In this document: positions 1 to 9,639 of the stretch, in pieces
How positions within the stretch are numbered: the first letter of the stretch is position 1
Layout: each line of letters starts with the position of its first letter
Source of the DNA: Prochlorococcus sp. AG-436-M02
GTDB taxonomy: Bacteria > Cyanobacteriota > Cyanobacteriia > PCC-6307 > Cyanobiaceae
Assembly: GCA_003212515.1 (NCBI GenBank)
Contig: QCPL01000007.1
Location: 2,370-66,369 of the forward strand
Direction: 5' to 3'
DNA length: 64,000 nucleotides
Made by a program: the position numbers and the translations under genes
The notes under the pieces: generated by a model
What the model saw: only the letters and a program-made list of their open reading frames with translations
Databases searched by the model: none
Told to the model about the DNA's origin: nothing

Positions 1-357
1 GGTGCAGCAGCAAGAGTTACTGCATTAGCTAGTTCAATAATGGATCTTCATGTCCGAATTGCACTAAAAGAAGTTAATAGAGAAAGAAGAAGACTTATAA
101 GTGGAGGTATTTTTCTTGCCATGGGAGGCATCCTAATGCTTTTTACACTATTAGCATTAGAAATAGTTTTACTTATTTGGATGAAAAATACACTCAATTT
201 TAGTAATCAACTTGCATTATTAGCTATTGCATTTTTAGATCTAACATTAGCAGGAATAAGTTTAAGATTAGGCGGGCATCTAACAAAAGGTCCTTATTTG
301 CCAGAAACAATAGAAGGTTTATCTAAAAGTACAAAAGCCGTTTTTGGAAAACCTTAA
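1..357 (+). CDS. Phage-holin-like (DUF1469-type) membrane protein, probably 5'-truncated by the window edge
   Basis: Frame is open from base 1 (GAAARVTALASSIMDLHVRIAL...); two hydrophobic helices; resembles a conserved picocyanobacterial protein. Confidence 0.6.
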   Translation, partial: GAAARVTALASSIMDLHVRIALKEVNRERRRLISGGIFLAMGGILMLFTLLALEIVLLIWMKNTLNFSNQLALLAIAFLDLTLAGISLRLGGHLTKGPYLPETIEGLSKSTKAVFGKP

Positions 358-1499
358 TGAATCTTATAATGTAGCCATCTGCAGTCAATACCACCATTAG
401 TAATAGGGAAACGTCGAGAACATTTCATACCTAAAAAATTACTTAACTGACTATTACCGCTAAGTAACCATAAATCCCAACCTGACGCATTATTTTTTAA
501 ATAATTACCTAGTTGTCTATATATTATTTCTAAATCTTTTGGATTACCTAATCTTTGACCATAAGGGGGATTGCATATGATCACACCTGGAATCTTAGGT
601 AATTGAAAGTCACGAAAATCTACATTTTTTATATTTATATAATTTTCTAATCCAGCTAAAGAAATATTATATTCTGCTTGTTTAGCAATTTCAATATTTT
701 TCTCGCACCCAATTATTGGTGGTAGTGTTTTATTTAATAAACAATGTTCCTTAGCAAAAGTAGATTCTAGTTTCCAAAGCTCTCTATCAAAATCTGGCCA
801 TTTTTCAAATAGAAATGATCTAAATAGTCCTGGTGGTATTGAAAGGGCCATACTGACAGCCTCAATCAGAAATGTTCCTGAACCACATAGTGGGTCAAAC
901 AAAGTTAAGGAGTCATCCCAATTTGAAAGTTTAATTAAACCTGCGGCAAGATTCTCCTTTAAAGGCGCAATCCCCATCGCTTCTCTATAGCCTCTGCGAT
1001 GCAAACTACGCGAAGAAGTATCAAAGCTAAGGCTTGCTCCTCCCGAAAAAATATGTAAATGAATACACAAATCTGGAGATTTTAAATTAATTGCAGAACG
1101 TTCTCCCCAAATTCTTTGCTGCAAATCAACAACAGCGTTTTTAACTGTCAATGCAGTGAAATGACTATGATTTAATTCTATTGAACCTCCAGAGACATTA
1201 ACCCTAAAAGTCTTCGAAGGATCTAACCATTTCTCCCAATCACAGGAATTTTGAATTGAATGATAAAGAGAGTCTTTACCAGTACAAGTAAATTCCTTAA
1301 TTTCGCGAAGGAAGCGAAAGGGTAAGCGCGCCTGTAAATGTAATCTATAAAAGCCAGCTAAATCTACTTTGCAACTAATTCTGCCTTTAGATTTCCTTAC
1401 ATGCTTGGCTCCAAGTGTTGAAAGCTCAAGAACACCAACATCTTCTAAACCTACAGGAAGCACAGCTAAAAGATTAATATCCATATTCAAAAAGCTCAA
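354..1499 (-). CDS. THUMP-domain class I SAM-dependent RNA methyltransferase (RlmL/RlmK-like)
   Basis: SLHRRGYR, APLKENLAA, DPLCGSGT and NPPYG motifs. Confidence 0.9.
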   Translation of the reverse strand: MSFLNMDINLLAVLPVGLEDVGVLELSTLGAKHVRKSKGRISCKVDLAGFYRLHLQARLPFRFLREIKEFTCTGKDSLYHSIQNSCDWEKWLDPSKTFRVNVSGGSIELNHSHFTALTVKNAVVDLQQRIWGERSAINLKSPDLCIHLHIFSGGASLSFDTSSRSLHRRGYREAMGIAPLKENLAAGLIKLSNWDDSLTLFDPLCGSGTFLIEAVSMALSIPPGLFRSFLFEKWPDFDRELWKLESTFAKEHCLLNKTLPPIIGCEKNIEIAKQAEYNISLAGLENYINIKNVDFRDFQLPKIPGVIICNPPYGQRLGNPKDLEIIYRQLGNYLKNNASGWDLWLLSGNSQLSNFLGMKCSRRFPITNGGIDCRWLHYKIH

Positions 1500-1574
1500 A
1501 AGGATAGAAGAGATAATTTATTTTTAATAATTGAATGTATTTTCGCAAATCTGTAATAATAAATTCGTTCATTT

Positions 1575-1840
1575 CTAATGAACTAGGTGATTCAAACCAG
1601 TATCTAGGACAGCGGTTCGATTCCGCTCAGCTCCATCATCTTTTGGGGCTGCAATGGCTTCGACTAGATACAAGGAGTATGACTGAAGCCTGCTCGGTCA
1701 GAGCAAAACCATAACTGCTAACAAAATCGTTAGTTTCTCACGTCAAACAGCCCCTGTAGCTGCTTGACCTTCAAGTGAGATGGGGTGAGATCAGCCTTAT
1801 TAACCAATTGATCCAAGAGGCCTGGAAGGGCCTCACTCTC
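1575..1840 (+). ncRNA. ssrA: tmRNA, circularly permuted two-piece type
   Basis: T-arm/acceptor 3' end GGTTCGATTCCGCTCAGCTCCA ends at 1635, before the 5' acceptor strand GGGGCTG at 1645; tag frame 1717-1767 = ANKIVSFSRQTAPVAA*; outer boundaries approximate. Confidence 0.95.
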
Positions 1841-1889
1841 TTTCCAGCACAACGAGTCTGATAATCTCAAAAATCGTCAACATATCGTT

Positions 1890-1937
1890 TAGGGACAATT
1901 ATTTTTTGAAAATATAGGGACAATTTTAGGGACAATT
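1890..1937 (+). repeat. Three direct copies of TAGGGACAATT (putative integrase arm-type sites)
   Basis: Exact copies start at 1890, 1915 and 1927; function inferred. Confidence 0.75.
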
Positions 1938-2158
1938 CACGGAAATTCTCTTCAAAAGCAATTCTCAAGCGTCTCAGAACAGCAAACTAATTATTAAGCT
2001 TCACACTTTCAACAGATTAGACAACTTTTATACATCTAAATGAATGATATCTATCAAACTTTAAATAGAAATAATCACAATTAATTGTAGTTAACATCTG
2101 CTTGTGGCTTTTATCACTAAACAGTCTAAAGAATATCACTAAGGGTAATTAAAGAAGA

Positions 2159-2491
2159 ATGAATATAGAAAATGATTCCTATATATCAATGCTACTTAAA
2201 ACTCTAATTGTATTAGCACCTGTTCTTATTGCTTCAATATCAACAATCTTCTGGCTTTCTTTTTGGGGAGTTCTTAAATGGAACGATGGTGTGATCCCTG
2301 GCTTACCATCATTAGAAAATTATCAAGATTGGGAAGATAGTGGCATCGTTCCAGATAACCGACCTAAAGGGGGATATCCAGTTTTTACTGTTAGAACTCT
2401 TGCAGTAAATGCCCTAGGAGTTCCCACTGTCTTTTTCTTAGGAGCAATATTTGCAATGCAGTTCATTAGGAGAGGTTTGTTTAATGCCTAG
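2159..2491 (+). CDS. PsbF-like (cytochrome b559 beta-like) protein with N-terminal extension, heme His absent
   Basis: C-terminus [33 protein letters not shown] aligns to PsbF YPIFTVRWLAVH...VFFLGAIAAMQFIQR; extra N-terminal hydrophobic helix. Confidence 0.85.
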   Translation: MNIENDSYISMLLKTLIVLAPVLIASISTIFWLSFWGVLKWNDGVIPGLPSLENYQDWEDSGIVPDNRPKGGYPVFTVRTLAVNALGVPTVFFLGAIFAMQFIRRGLFNA

Positions 2492-2605
2492 CCAAGAACA
2501 TCACTTACAAATGAAAGCAATAGATCAGGTAATTTTTTTTCTAATATCTATTTCTTCATTTTTATGGATATCAGTCAAAATTACAGGCTTTTACCTATAC
2601 AAAAT

Positions 2606-2683
2606 CTACTGATTATAAGTATCAGCTAAGAAAGAAGTAGGTAATCCAAGAGCTGCAAGTAAAGGAAATAATAAGCACTTCAT
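2606..2683 (-). pseudogene. Remnant of a secreted island protein (signal peptide only)
   Basis: MKCLLFPLLAALGLPTSFLADTYNQ* resembles the MKRLLLPLLAALALPTA-type leader common on Prochlorococcus island proteins. Confidence 0.45.
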
Positions 2684-2949
2684 ATTTCCTTTATAGCGAT
2701 TCTATCTCAATGTTCTAAAGATATAAGGTTTCAAGTATTAACCAAGTGATCCATGGACGCTGGAAGGCGTCCTTTATAATTATAAGGAAATAGATATAAT
2801 TTCCTAAATAATAAAATTCCATTTATATGAACATAGGTTCTCTCGCCTCCATTCTGGATGTACAATAAATTGGTATAAAACTCAATTTTTAATAACTTAT
2901 ATAATGAAAATTATTGCTTAAATAGATATTAATTAGGCATTAGAAAAGA

Positions 2950-3498
2950 TCATTTAAAAGAATATATTGAAACATCTGTCAGAAAAAATATAGATCTTCT
3001 AGATAAAAGTTTACAGTGCTTACTCAGCAAAAGAAGCTCATCCTTAGGTTCTAGCTTGTAGCCATCATGTGCTTGTCTCTTATTAAATAGAAACATACCA
3101 ATTTTATTTAAAAGGCCTTTCCGGCTAGTTCCAATAATTAATTTAGCTGAAGGATTTAATTGCCTTAACTGAAGAAGAATATTCTCAACCTCTGAAGATT
3201 GCAAAGCGTAAAATACTTGATTAGCTACAAAAATATCAATTTGAACAGTCCTCCAATCTTTAACATCGGAATATTCAGGAACAATATCGTATCCAATCAC
3301 ATTGGAGCCAGGAAGTAATTTTTTTAAAGTGCCATAACCACAGCCAAAATCTAATATGGTTTTATTTGTAGATTTCAATCCTCCGATTTTTATTATTGTT
3401 GACAATATACTATAAAAATATAAACTTGTAATTCCAGTATAAGATGTAGTAGCTGGTATTATAGTCTTTAGAGATTGCTTCTCATTTGAAAAAGTCAT
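2950..3498 (-). CDS. Class I SAM-dependent methyltransferase
   Basis: ILDFGCGYG motif I, VIGYD. Confidence 0.8.
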   Translation of the reverse strand: MTFSNEKQSLKTIIPATTSYTGITSLYFYSILSTIIKIGGLKSTNKTILDFGCGYGTLKKLLPGSNVIGYDIVPEYSDVKDWRTVQIDIFVANQVFYALQSSEVENILLQLRQLNPSAKLIIGTSRKGLLNKIGMFLFNKRQAHDGYKLEPKDELLLLSKHCKLLSRRSIFFLTDVSIYSFK

Positions 3499-3623
3499 AG
3501 TTCGGGAAAATACTATATTTTGATAATACTAGAATAAATCTTAAAATGTAGAAATAAATTATAATTAGAAATAACAAGAAATTAAAGGGTTTACAAATTG
3601 AAAAAGTTAGAAATAATACGAAT

Positions 3624-6023
3624 TCAAATAATATCAAAAAGCATTATGCTAGATATTTTTTCAAGTGTATATACTATCTCCAATATAGATTTGTCCTCTG
3701 TCAATTGTTTTATATTGGATAGATTGTCTAGTGCCAATCGAGGTTTAAACCTATATAATTGAACAATAGAAGATGCAAGATATGAGTAAATATTAGTAGG
3801 ATCTAGAGTTTTTATAAGTGCTAATGTATAGGAAGCGTCTTTAGCCTTATATTGCAAAACTTGACTTAATGCTAAAGAATATAAGTAATCTAAATTATTG
3901 GGTGAATCAACTAACCTTGCTCGTAAAATAGATTCAGAATCTTTAAGATATTGTTGCTTTGGATCAGATTGATTTATTTGAGTTACTCTAGCAGAAAGTT
4001 TATCAAGATTACCATTTCTAAGCATTGATCCCATATCTAATAAAGACGAAATTCTATTAGTTGATAACCAATATTCATTTGCTGGTATTAAATAAAAAGG
4101 TGTATCTGATTCACTCAATAAGATCTTCCTAGATCCATCCTTCAATAACAAATAGGCCTTAGAAGTAAATAAATTCGAATCCAAATCATCAGATGATTGA
4201 AATCTGAAGCGTTGGTTTATAGCAAAACATCCATCATTCATAGAATCAATTAACTGACCATTTGCTACAGCTTGATCAAAAGTAAATACTTTATTATGAG
4301 AAATGATATCAATCAGAATATTGCTATTTGAAAGATCATCATAACTAGCAGAAAAGCTTAACTCAAGCCCACCTGCGATGGGAGATAACGAAAACGAATT
4401 AGTTAAATTAGAACAAGAAACTGGTTTAATAAATACAGTCTCTTCTCGCCTTCTAAAAAGATACGCTATTGAATCATCTGGAAGTCTCCATGAATGAGTA
4501 ATAGTAAAAGTAGATGATTTTTTAAGAAATTCTGAAAGTAACTCATGCCTTTCATCACTCATAACTCCTAGATCGCCACTTTTAGTTAAAAACCAATCAT
4601 AATTTCGCAAATCATCTTCTATGTTGTCTATTTTAGTTAAGATCTGTCTCGCCGAAACTAAGGAGTTCTGTCTCTTTCCTTCTACATCAAGATTAAAAGC
4701 GTTTAAATATTTAGTATCAGATAATACTGCTAAAACAGATTTCTTATTTGGGCTAGAATTAACTATTTGATGAATAATAGATTCGATTGGCCAACCTTGT
4801 TCTGAATTAGGTTTATTAACTGGGAAGTCAGTGAGATTTATTCCAATACTAAATTGATTCCATAATAATGTTGCAATGGAAATAAAAAGAATAAACTTTT
4901 TCCAAAAAAAATACCCATTGTATTTGGCTTGAAATAAATTGAATATAATAGCTAGAAGAATGCAAAATTGAGGAAGTATAGGAAGAAAGAATCGATAATC
5001 CTTGGTAGTCATTAATATACAAACAAATAAAGCACCTAATGGAAAAGATATATACCATATATAAAACCTATAATTAACTAATTTAAATTGCTCTTGAATT
5101 GAGGTTCTTAAAAAAATAAGTGAAATAAATGTTCCTACTATAATGGTAAAAAATAAAGAATTACCTAACAATTTAGGCAATAGAAGGGGATAAAATAGCC
5201 AACCTGATAAGGTGTTAACTTCTAATCCATCTTGATAATCGAGACCCCAATTTACTGCCTGGTTCAGGCTAGATATAATAGTCAGCCAATTCATTTTAAA
5301 CCAAGGATATATTGATAAAATAAAAGATAAAATAACAGCGATATAATTGATAATAATTTTCTTCTGAAAGTGATATATAGAATAAAATAATTTAAAAAAA
5401 CAAATCAATATTGGTAAAATAAAAAAAACAAGGCCTGTTGGTCTAACAAGAGTCATCAAACCTAATAAAGTACCCGTAATTAGAGAAAAAGATACATTCA
5501 ACGTCTTTTTTCTAAAAAACCAAATGGTAAAAAATAACCAAGTAAGCGTTGTAATCGATGCTTGGCTAAAATCAATAAGGTAATCAGTTCTCTGCGTAAC
5601 TAAGGCTGGTGATACACTGCAGAAAAGCGCAGCCCAAATTCCTGCATCTCGAGAGTATAAGATTCTTGCAGAATAATATGAGCTAAAGATAAGAACAACA
5701 TTAAAAAGTATATTAGAAAGTATTGCTGCTTTAAAAGTAGAGCCGAAAATAACAAATAAAGGTGAAGATAGTATATATGTTAATGGGCCCCTATAAGTGT
5801 TAGATATTCTCAAGAAATTATTCCACCAATCTAAAGAAAAAAATTGAATATTAGCTAAAGTGCTTGAAAATTGATGCAAAGTACTTAAATGATAAGCTTG
5901 ATCCCAAGCAGGAGGTATATTATGATTATAAACCCAGAATAAATCTAAAGTAAATGATATAAAACATATGCAGAATAACAAATAAAAATCTTTTCTGAGC
6001 ATGAAAAAGGAAAAATTATGCAT
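3624..6023 (-). CDS. GT-C glycosyltransferase (family 39/ArnT-like) with C-terminal soluble, TPR-like region
   Basis: PPAWDQAYH first loop, YRGPLTY, KDYRF, many TM helices. Confidence 0.8.
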   Translation of the reverse strand: MHNFSFFMLRKDFYLLFCICFISFTLDLFWVYNHNIPPAWDQAYHLSTLHQFSSTLANIQFFSLDWWNNFLRISNTYRGPLTYILSSPLFVIFGSTFKAAILSNILFNVVLIFSSYYSARILYSRDAGIWAALFCSVSPALVTQRTDYLIDFSQASITTLTWLFFTIWFFRKKTLNVSFSLITGTLLGLMTLVRPTGLVFFILPILICFFKLFYSIYHFQKKIIINYIAVILSFILSIYPWFKMNWLTIISSLNQAVNWGLDYQDGLEVNTLSGWLFYPLLLPKLLGNSLFFTIIVGTFISLIFLRTSIQEQFKLVNYRFYIWYISFPLGALFVCILMTTKDYRFFLPILPQFCILLAIIFNLFQAKYNGYFFWKKFILFISIATLLWNQFSIGINLTDFPVNKPNSEQGWPIESIIHQIVNSSPNKKSVLAVLSDTKYLNAFNLDVEGKRQNSLVSARQILTKIDNIEDDLRNYDWFLTKSGDLGVMSDERHELLSEFLKKSSTFTITHSWRLPDDSIAYLFRRREETVFIKPVSCSNLTNSFSLSPIAGGLELSFSASYDDLSNSNILIDIISHNKVFTFDQAVANGQLIDSMNDGCFAINQRFRFQSSDDLDSNLFTSKAYLLLKDGSRKILLSESDTPFYLIPANEYWLSTNRISSLLDMGSMLRNGNLDKLSARVTQINQSDPKQQYLKDSESILRARLVDSPNNLDYLYSLALSQVLQYKAKDASYTLALIKTLDPTNIYSYLASSIVQLYRFKPRLALDNLSNIKQLTEDKSILEIVYTLEKISSIMLFDII

Positions 6024-6126
6024 ATTCGATTTAATGTGAATCTGACAATTCAGTAATCATTGAGGAAACTATATGAATTACTTATTTGAAGTATACACAA
6101 ACATATAAAGTAATGAAAGTAAATTT

Positions 6127-7698
6127 TCAATAGTTTCTTACTAAAACCCATGGACTAACAGTAGGATTATCATTGATCAAACGATAATTAACCATGCTAG
6201 AAAGGTCTGAAGATTGAATCCAATAATAATTTAAGTGAGTATTAACATCATTAAGTTCAACATTGGTTCCAAGGTTAGGAGAATATAAAGCAATCTTGAC
6301 CAATTGTGAAAATGCATCAGAATCTAAATCCTGAGCATTAAAAATAAAGTCTGGTTTGTTAACTGAAAGAATATCATTAAGGGGTGGTGAATCTAAAAAA
6401 GCTGGAACAGAATGGCTCCTATTGGTTAAAAAGCCTGCCTGAGTCACAAACATTAGTGCTAAATAAGGCCCTAACAGAAAAGAAACTAATAAGTGCTTTC
6501 TACAAACTCTGAACAAGGGCAATAGCCAAGCTAAAGCTAGTATAAGCACTGAATAGAGAAGGTTATAATGAGAATTAGAAAACGTGCCTAAAACAATAAA
6601 TTTATTCTGAAAAATTAAAAGGAAGCCGATGAGAAAAAATAAGATTATAGAAAATACAAGCAAAAACGCTCTGGCAAAAACTTTGTTAGATCTTGGATGA
6701 GAAAAAAAGAAATAAATTCCTATGCTTGAAATAATAGCAATAGAAGGCATTAGTTGAAGTGCATAATAAGAAGTTTTTGTATTAAATAGGCTAAGTAAAG
6801 CAAAAATTATAAAAGGGTAGACTAACAAAATATAGAGATATTTCTTATGAACATAATTAAAAGCTATATACACACCATAAGGTATGAATAAAGAATAAGG
6901 AAATACTTGAAGAGCAATTTTCCATATATAAAAAAAGTTTGATTGGGAATACTGACTACTTGAAGAGAGGTGATAAAACTTTGAGAACAACAATGATATT
7001 GCTTCTAACCCATATAATCGATAACTAAGAAATAGCCAGATTAAAACCGGAATAAAGCCAGTCAATATACCTATGAGAAAAAACCTAGAAGTAAAAAGAG
7101 ATCTATGATTTAAAAAAAGAAAAGGAAATATAGCCAGAATAGGAACAAATATCATAAAAGTTTTAAATAAGAAGCCCAAACCAACAGTTAAGCCAATTAA
7201 GAAAAACAATGGTTGTGATTTCAAATCATCACTCTTATTATCAATTAATTGAGTAATAGTAAACAATCCAAAGCACTCTATAGACAGAAGTGCCATATCT
7301 TGAGTAGATAAATGAGCATTATCTAACCACAAAAAAGAAGTTGCTAAAATAAGCGGAGAAATCCAATAATATTTATCATCGATTATTCTTTTACTAATTT
7401 CTGAAGTGAAATATAGTGTTGAAAATGCAAATATAGTTGTAGGTAAATGAGCAGCCCAAATTGATCTACCAAAAACCAATTGAGAAAATGCTATTAACCA
7501 TTGAATCCCAATAGATCTGTCATAAACTATATTATTCCACCATTGAGGAGCCAACCAATTTCCACTTTCTAAAATCCATCGAGACTGAAGCGCATAATAC
7601 CCTTCATCCTGTGCCACAAAACTTCTGGGACCTAAATAAATCAATAATGGTGAAAAAACTAAAATAAAAAATATTAGTTTTATAATCTTATTATTCAT
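6127..7698 (-). CDS. ArnT/PMT-family (GT-C) glycosyltransferase
   Basis: AQDEGYYA...W loop, polytopic, KTSYY motif. Confidence 0.85.
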   Translation of the reverse strand: MNNKIIKLIFFILVFSPLLIYLGPRSFVAQDEGYYALQSRWILESGNWLAPQWWNNIVYDRSIGIQWLIAFSQLVFGRSIWAAHLPTTIFAFSTLYFTSEISKRIIDDKYYWISPLILATSFLWLDNAHLSTQDMALLSIECFGLFTITQLIDNKSDDLKSQPLFFLIGLTVGLGFLFKTFMIFVPILAIFPFLFLNHRSLFTSRFFLIGILTGFIPVLIWLFLSYRLYGLEAISLLFSKFYHLSSSSQYSQSNFFYIWKIALQVFPYSLFIPYGVYIAFNYVHKKYLYILLVYPFIIFALLSLFNTKTSYYALQLMPSIAIISSIGIYFFFSHPRSNKVFARAFLLVFSIILFFLIGFLLIFQNKFIVLGTFSNSHYNLLYSVLILALAWLLPLFRVCRKHLLVSFLLGPYLALMFVTQAGFLTNRSHSVPAFLDSPPLNDILSVNKPDFIFNAQDLDSDAFSQLVKIALYSPNLGTNVELNDVNTHLNYYWIQSSDLSSMVNYRLINDNPTVSPWVLVRNY

Positions 7699-7713
7699 AG
7701 GAAAATAGTGATA

Positions 7714-8148
7714 TTAATAATATTTAATCCTCTTAAGAAAGATTAGGCATAAAATATAGGATGTAAATGCCCATAAAATCATAGTTATAATACCAATTTG
7801 ATATGGATCTATAGCAAAAGAAATAAGGAATAATGATGTAAAATAAGCTGAAGCCATACAAACAATTTGAATAAATAAATAACATAATAAAAAAACTATA
7901 TGGTACTTGGTCTTAAAACTAATGCGTGCATGCAAATAAGAGTTTGAGACAATGCAAGAAATTCCTGCTAAAAGTACAGAGCTATTGCTATTTAAACCAA
8001 TCCTTAAACCGATTGAGAAAAGAACTAAATATAACAGTTCAGAAACGACTCCTACACCAATAAAGCGAAAGAAACTATTATTTATATATGCGCCAAGAGT
8101 CTTAATACGATGCAAGAGTAAATAGATATGTATAATGTATATTAGCAT
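7714..8148 (-). CDS. GtrA-family lipid-linked sugar flippase
   Basis: FFRFIGVG start of a 4-TM small protein, SNSYLHARISF; true start may be downstream. Confidence 0.75.
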   Translation of the reverse strand: MLIYIIHIYLLLHRIKTLGAYINNSFFRFIGVGVVSELLYLVLFSIGLRIGLNSNSSVLLAGISCIVSNSYLHARISFKTKYHIVFLLCYLFIQIVCMASAYFTSLFLISFAIDPYQIGIITMILWAFTSYILCLIFLKRIKYY

Positions 8149-8170
8149 AATCTTAATACCTAATTCATAT

Positions 8171-9628
8171 ATGGTTATGGATAAAGCAACTAAAAAAATA
8201 CTATTAATTGGAACAGGGCTTGCTTCTTATGGGGCTTGCATAGCATTACTTGAGAAAAAAAATATAATAATTGACGTAGTTGATATTGGACTAAAAGAGG
8301 CGTATAAAAACCAACCTAATATTTATGTTCCCAATGCAAAAGATAAAAATGGAAGTTATTTTGCATATGGAATAAATGATAATAGATGGAGCTTAAATAT
8401 ACAGTCAGATCGAATATGCTCTAGTCATGCATATGGAGGTTTTAGCCAAGCATATAGTGGATCAATTCTAAAGCCTAAAGAAAAAGATATGAAAGATTGG
8501 CCAGAAAAATCTTTACCAAATATAGAATCATATAAAAAGATCTTATCAACTCTAGATATAAATCAAAAATTCGACGAATTAGACCTTGGTTTTCCAATAA
8601 ATCCAAGTGGAGATGATAATAAATTAAAGAAAAATTCATATTTAGGTATGTCTAGGATAGCAATATCTAATATTGATAGAAAAGCTGATGTACCATTCTT
8701 GTCATCGATAGAATTTGACAAATGGTCAAAAGAAAATCTAATAAACCTTAAAAGAGAGTGTTTTGTTAGTTCTATTCAAGAGCATAAGAAGAAACTTCAT
8801 GTAACTATAGAAACAATAGATGGTACAATAATTAAAGAATATGATCATGTATATTTGGGTGCTGGATGTATTAACACAACAGCTATTGTAGATAGAAGTT
8901 TATATGGTTTTGGATCCAGAAATTATATAATAAAATCTGCACCATTCCTACTTCAGCTATGTTTAAAACTAAAATTAAAAAAATACAGAAAGACTCAACC
9001 TAATAAAACTAGGCTCAAAGATGACTATGGGTTATGCAAATACTTTCTAGAGGTAAAATCTAAATCTACAAAAGGGTACTGGTCTCACACACAAATTGGT
9101 TATTTAAATAAGATCATTATTCAAAAAGCGAAGAATATGCTGCCGAAGAAGTTACAATCAATAGTAGATCTATTAAAAGGTTTTTTTAGATTCTCCATAA
9201 CAGTTTTCCATTCTGAGTTAGGTGAAGACATACTAATAACTAGTAAAGTTACTAATAGAGAGGGTACAAAAACTAAGCAATATATTAAAGTAAATGAAAA
9301 GAGCTTCTCATGTAACTGGAAGCTATCATTAGCTATAAAAAAAGAAATACTAAAGAGATTTAAAAACCTTAGCTTAATCCCAATACCTTTTTCTCAAATG
9401 ATAGGAAGCATTGGTAGAGGGAATAAATTAGGTGGTTGGCATTTTGGAGGAACACTGCCAATGAAGGTAAAACCAGTCAAATCATGTGAATGCAAAGAAA
9501 ATGGAGAATTGGTGGGAATCAATAAATTGTTTATCATTGACTCATCATCTTTTCCATCGATCCCAGGGAGTACAGTAGCTCTATTAACTATGGCAAATAG
9601 CTATTATATAACAAGAAAATCAATTTAG
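8171..9628 (+). CDS. FAD-dependent GMC-type oxidoreductase
   Basis: IGTGLAS dinucleotide fold, GGFSQAYSG, LGAGCINT, HFGGT, IDSSSFPSIP. Confidence 0.8.
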   Translation: MVMDKATKKILLIGTGLASYGACIALLEKKNIIIDVVDIGLKEAYKNQPNIYVPNAKDKNGSYFAYGINDNRWSLNIQSDRICSSHAYGGFSQAYSGSILKPKEKDMKDWPEKSLPNIESYKKILSTLDINQKFDELDLGFPINPSGDDNKLKKNSYLGMSRIAISNIDRKADVPFLSSIEFDKWSKENLINLKRECFVSSIQEHKKKLHVTIETIDGTIIKEYDHVYLGAGCINTTAIVDRSLYGFGSRNYIIKSAPFLLQLCLKLKLKKYRKTQPNKTRLKDDYGLCKYFLEVKSKSTKGYWSHTQIGYLNKIIIQKAKNMLPKKLQSIVDLLKGFFRFSITVFHSELGEDILITSKVTNREGTKTKQYIKVNEKSFSCNWKLSLAIKKEILKRFKNLSLIPIPFSQMIGSIGRGNKLGGWHFGGTLPMKVKPVKSCECKENGELVGINKLFIIDSSSFPSIPGSTVALLTMANSYYITRKSI

Positions 9629-9639
9629 ACTTTTCATAA

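Larger units (their letters stand above)
1798..2772. mobile_element. Mini-island at the tmRNA 3' end (no integrase)
   Basis: TATTAACCAA(T/G)TGATCCA plus a hairpin with loop TGGAAG is duplicated at 1798-1834 and 2736-2772; TAGGGACAATT x3 just inside the left end. Confidence 0.75.
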
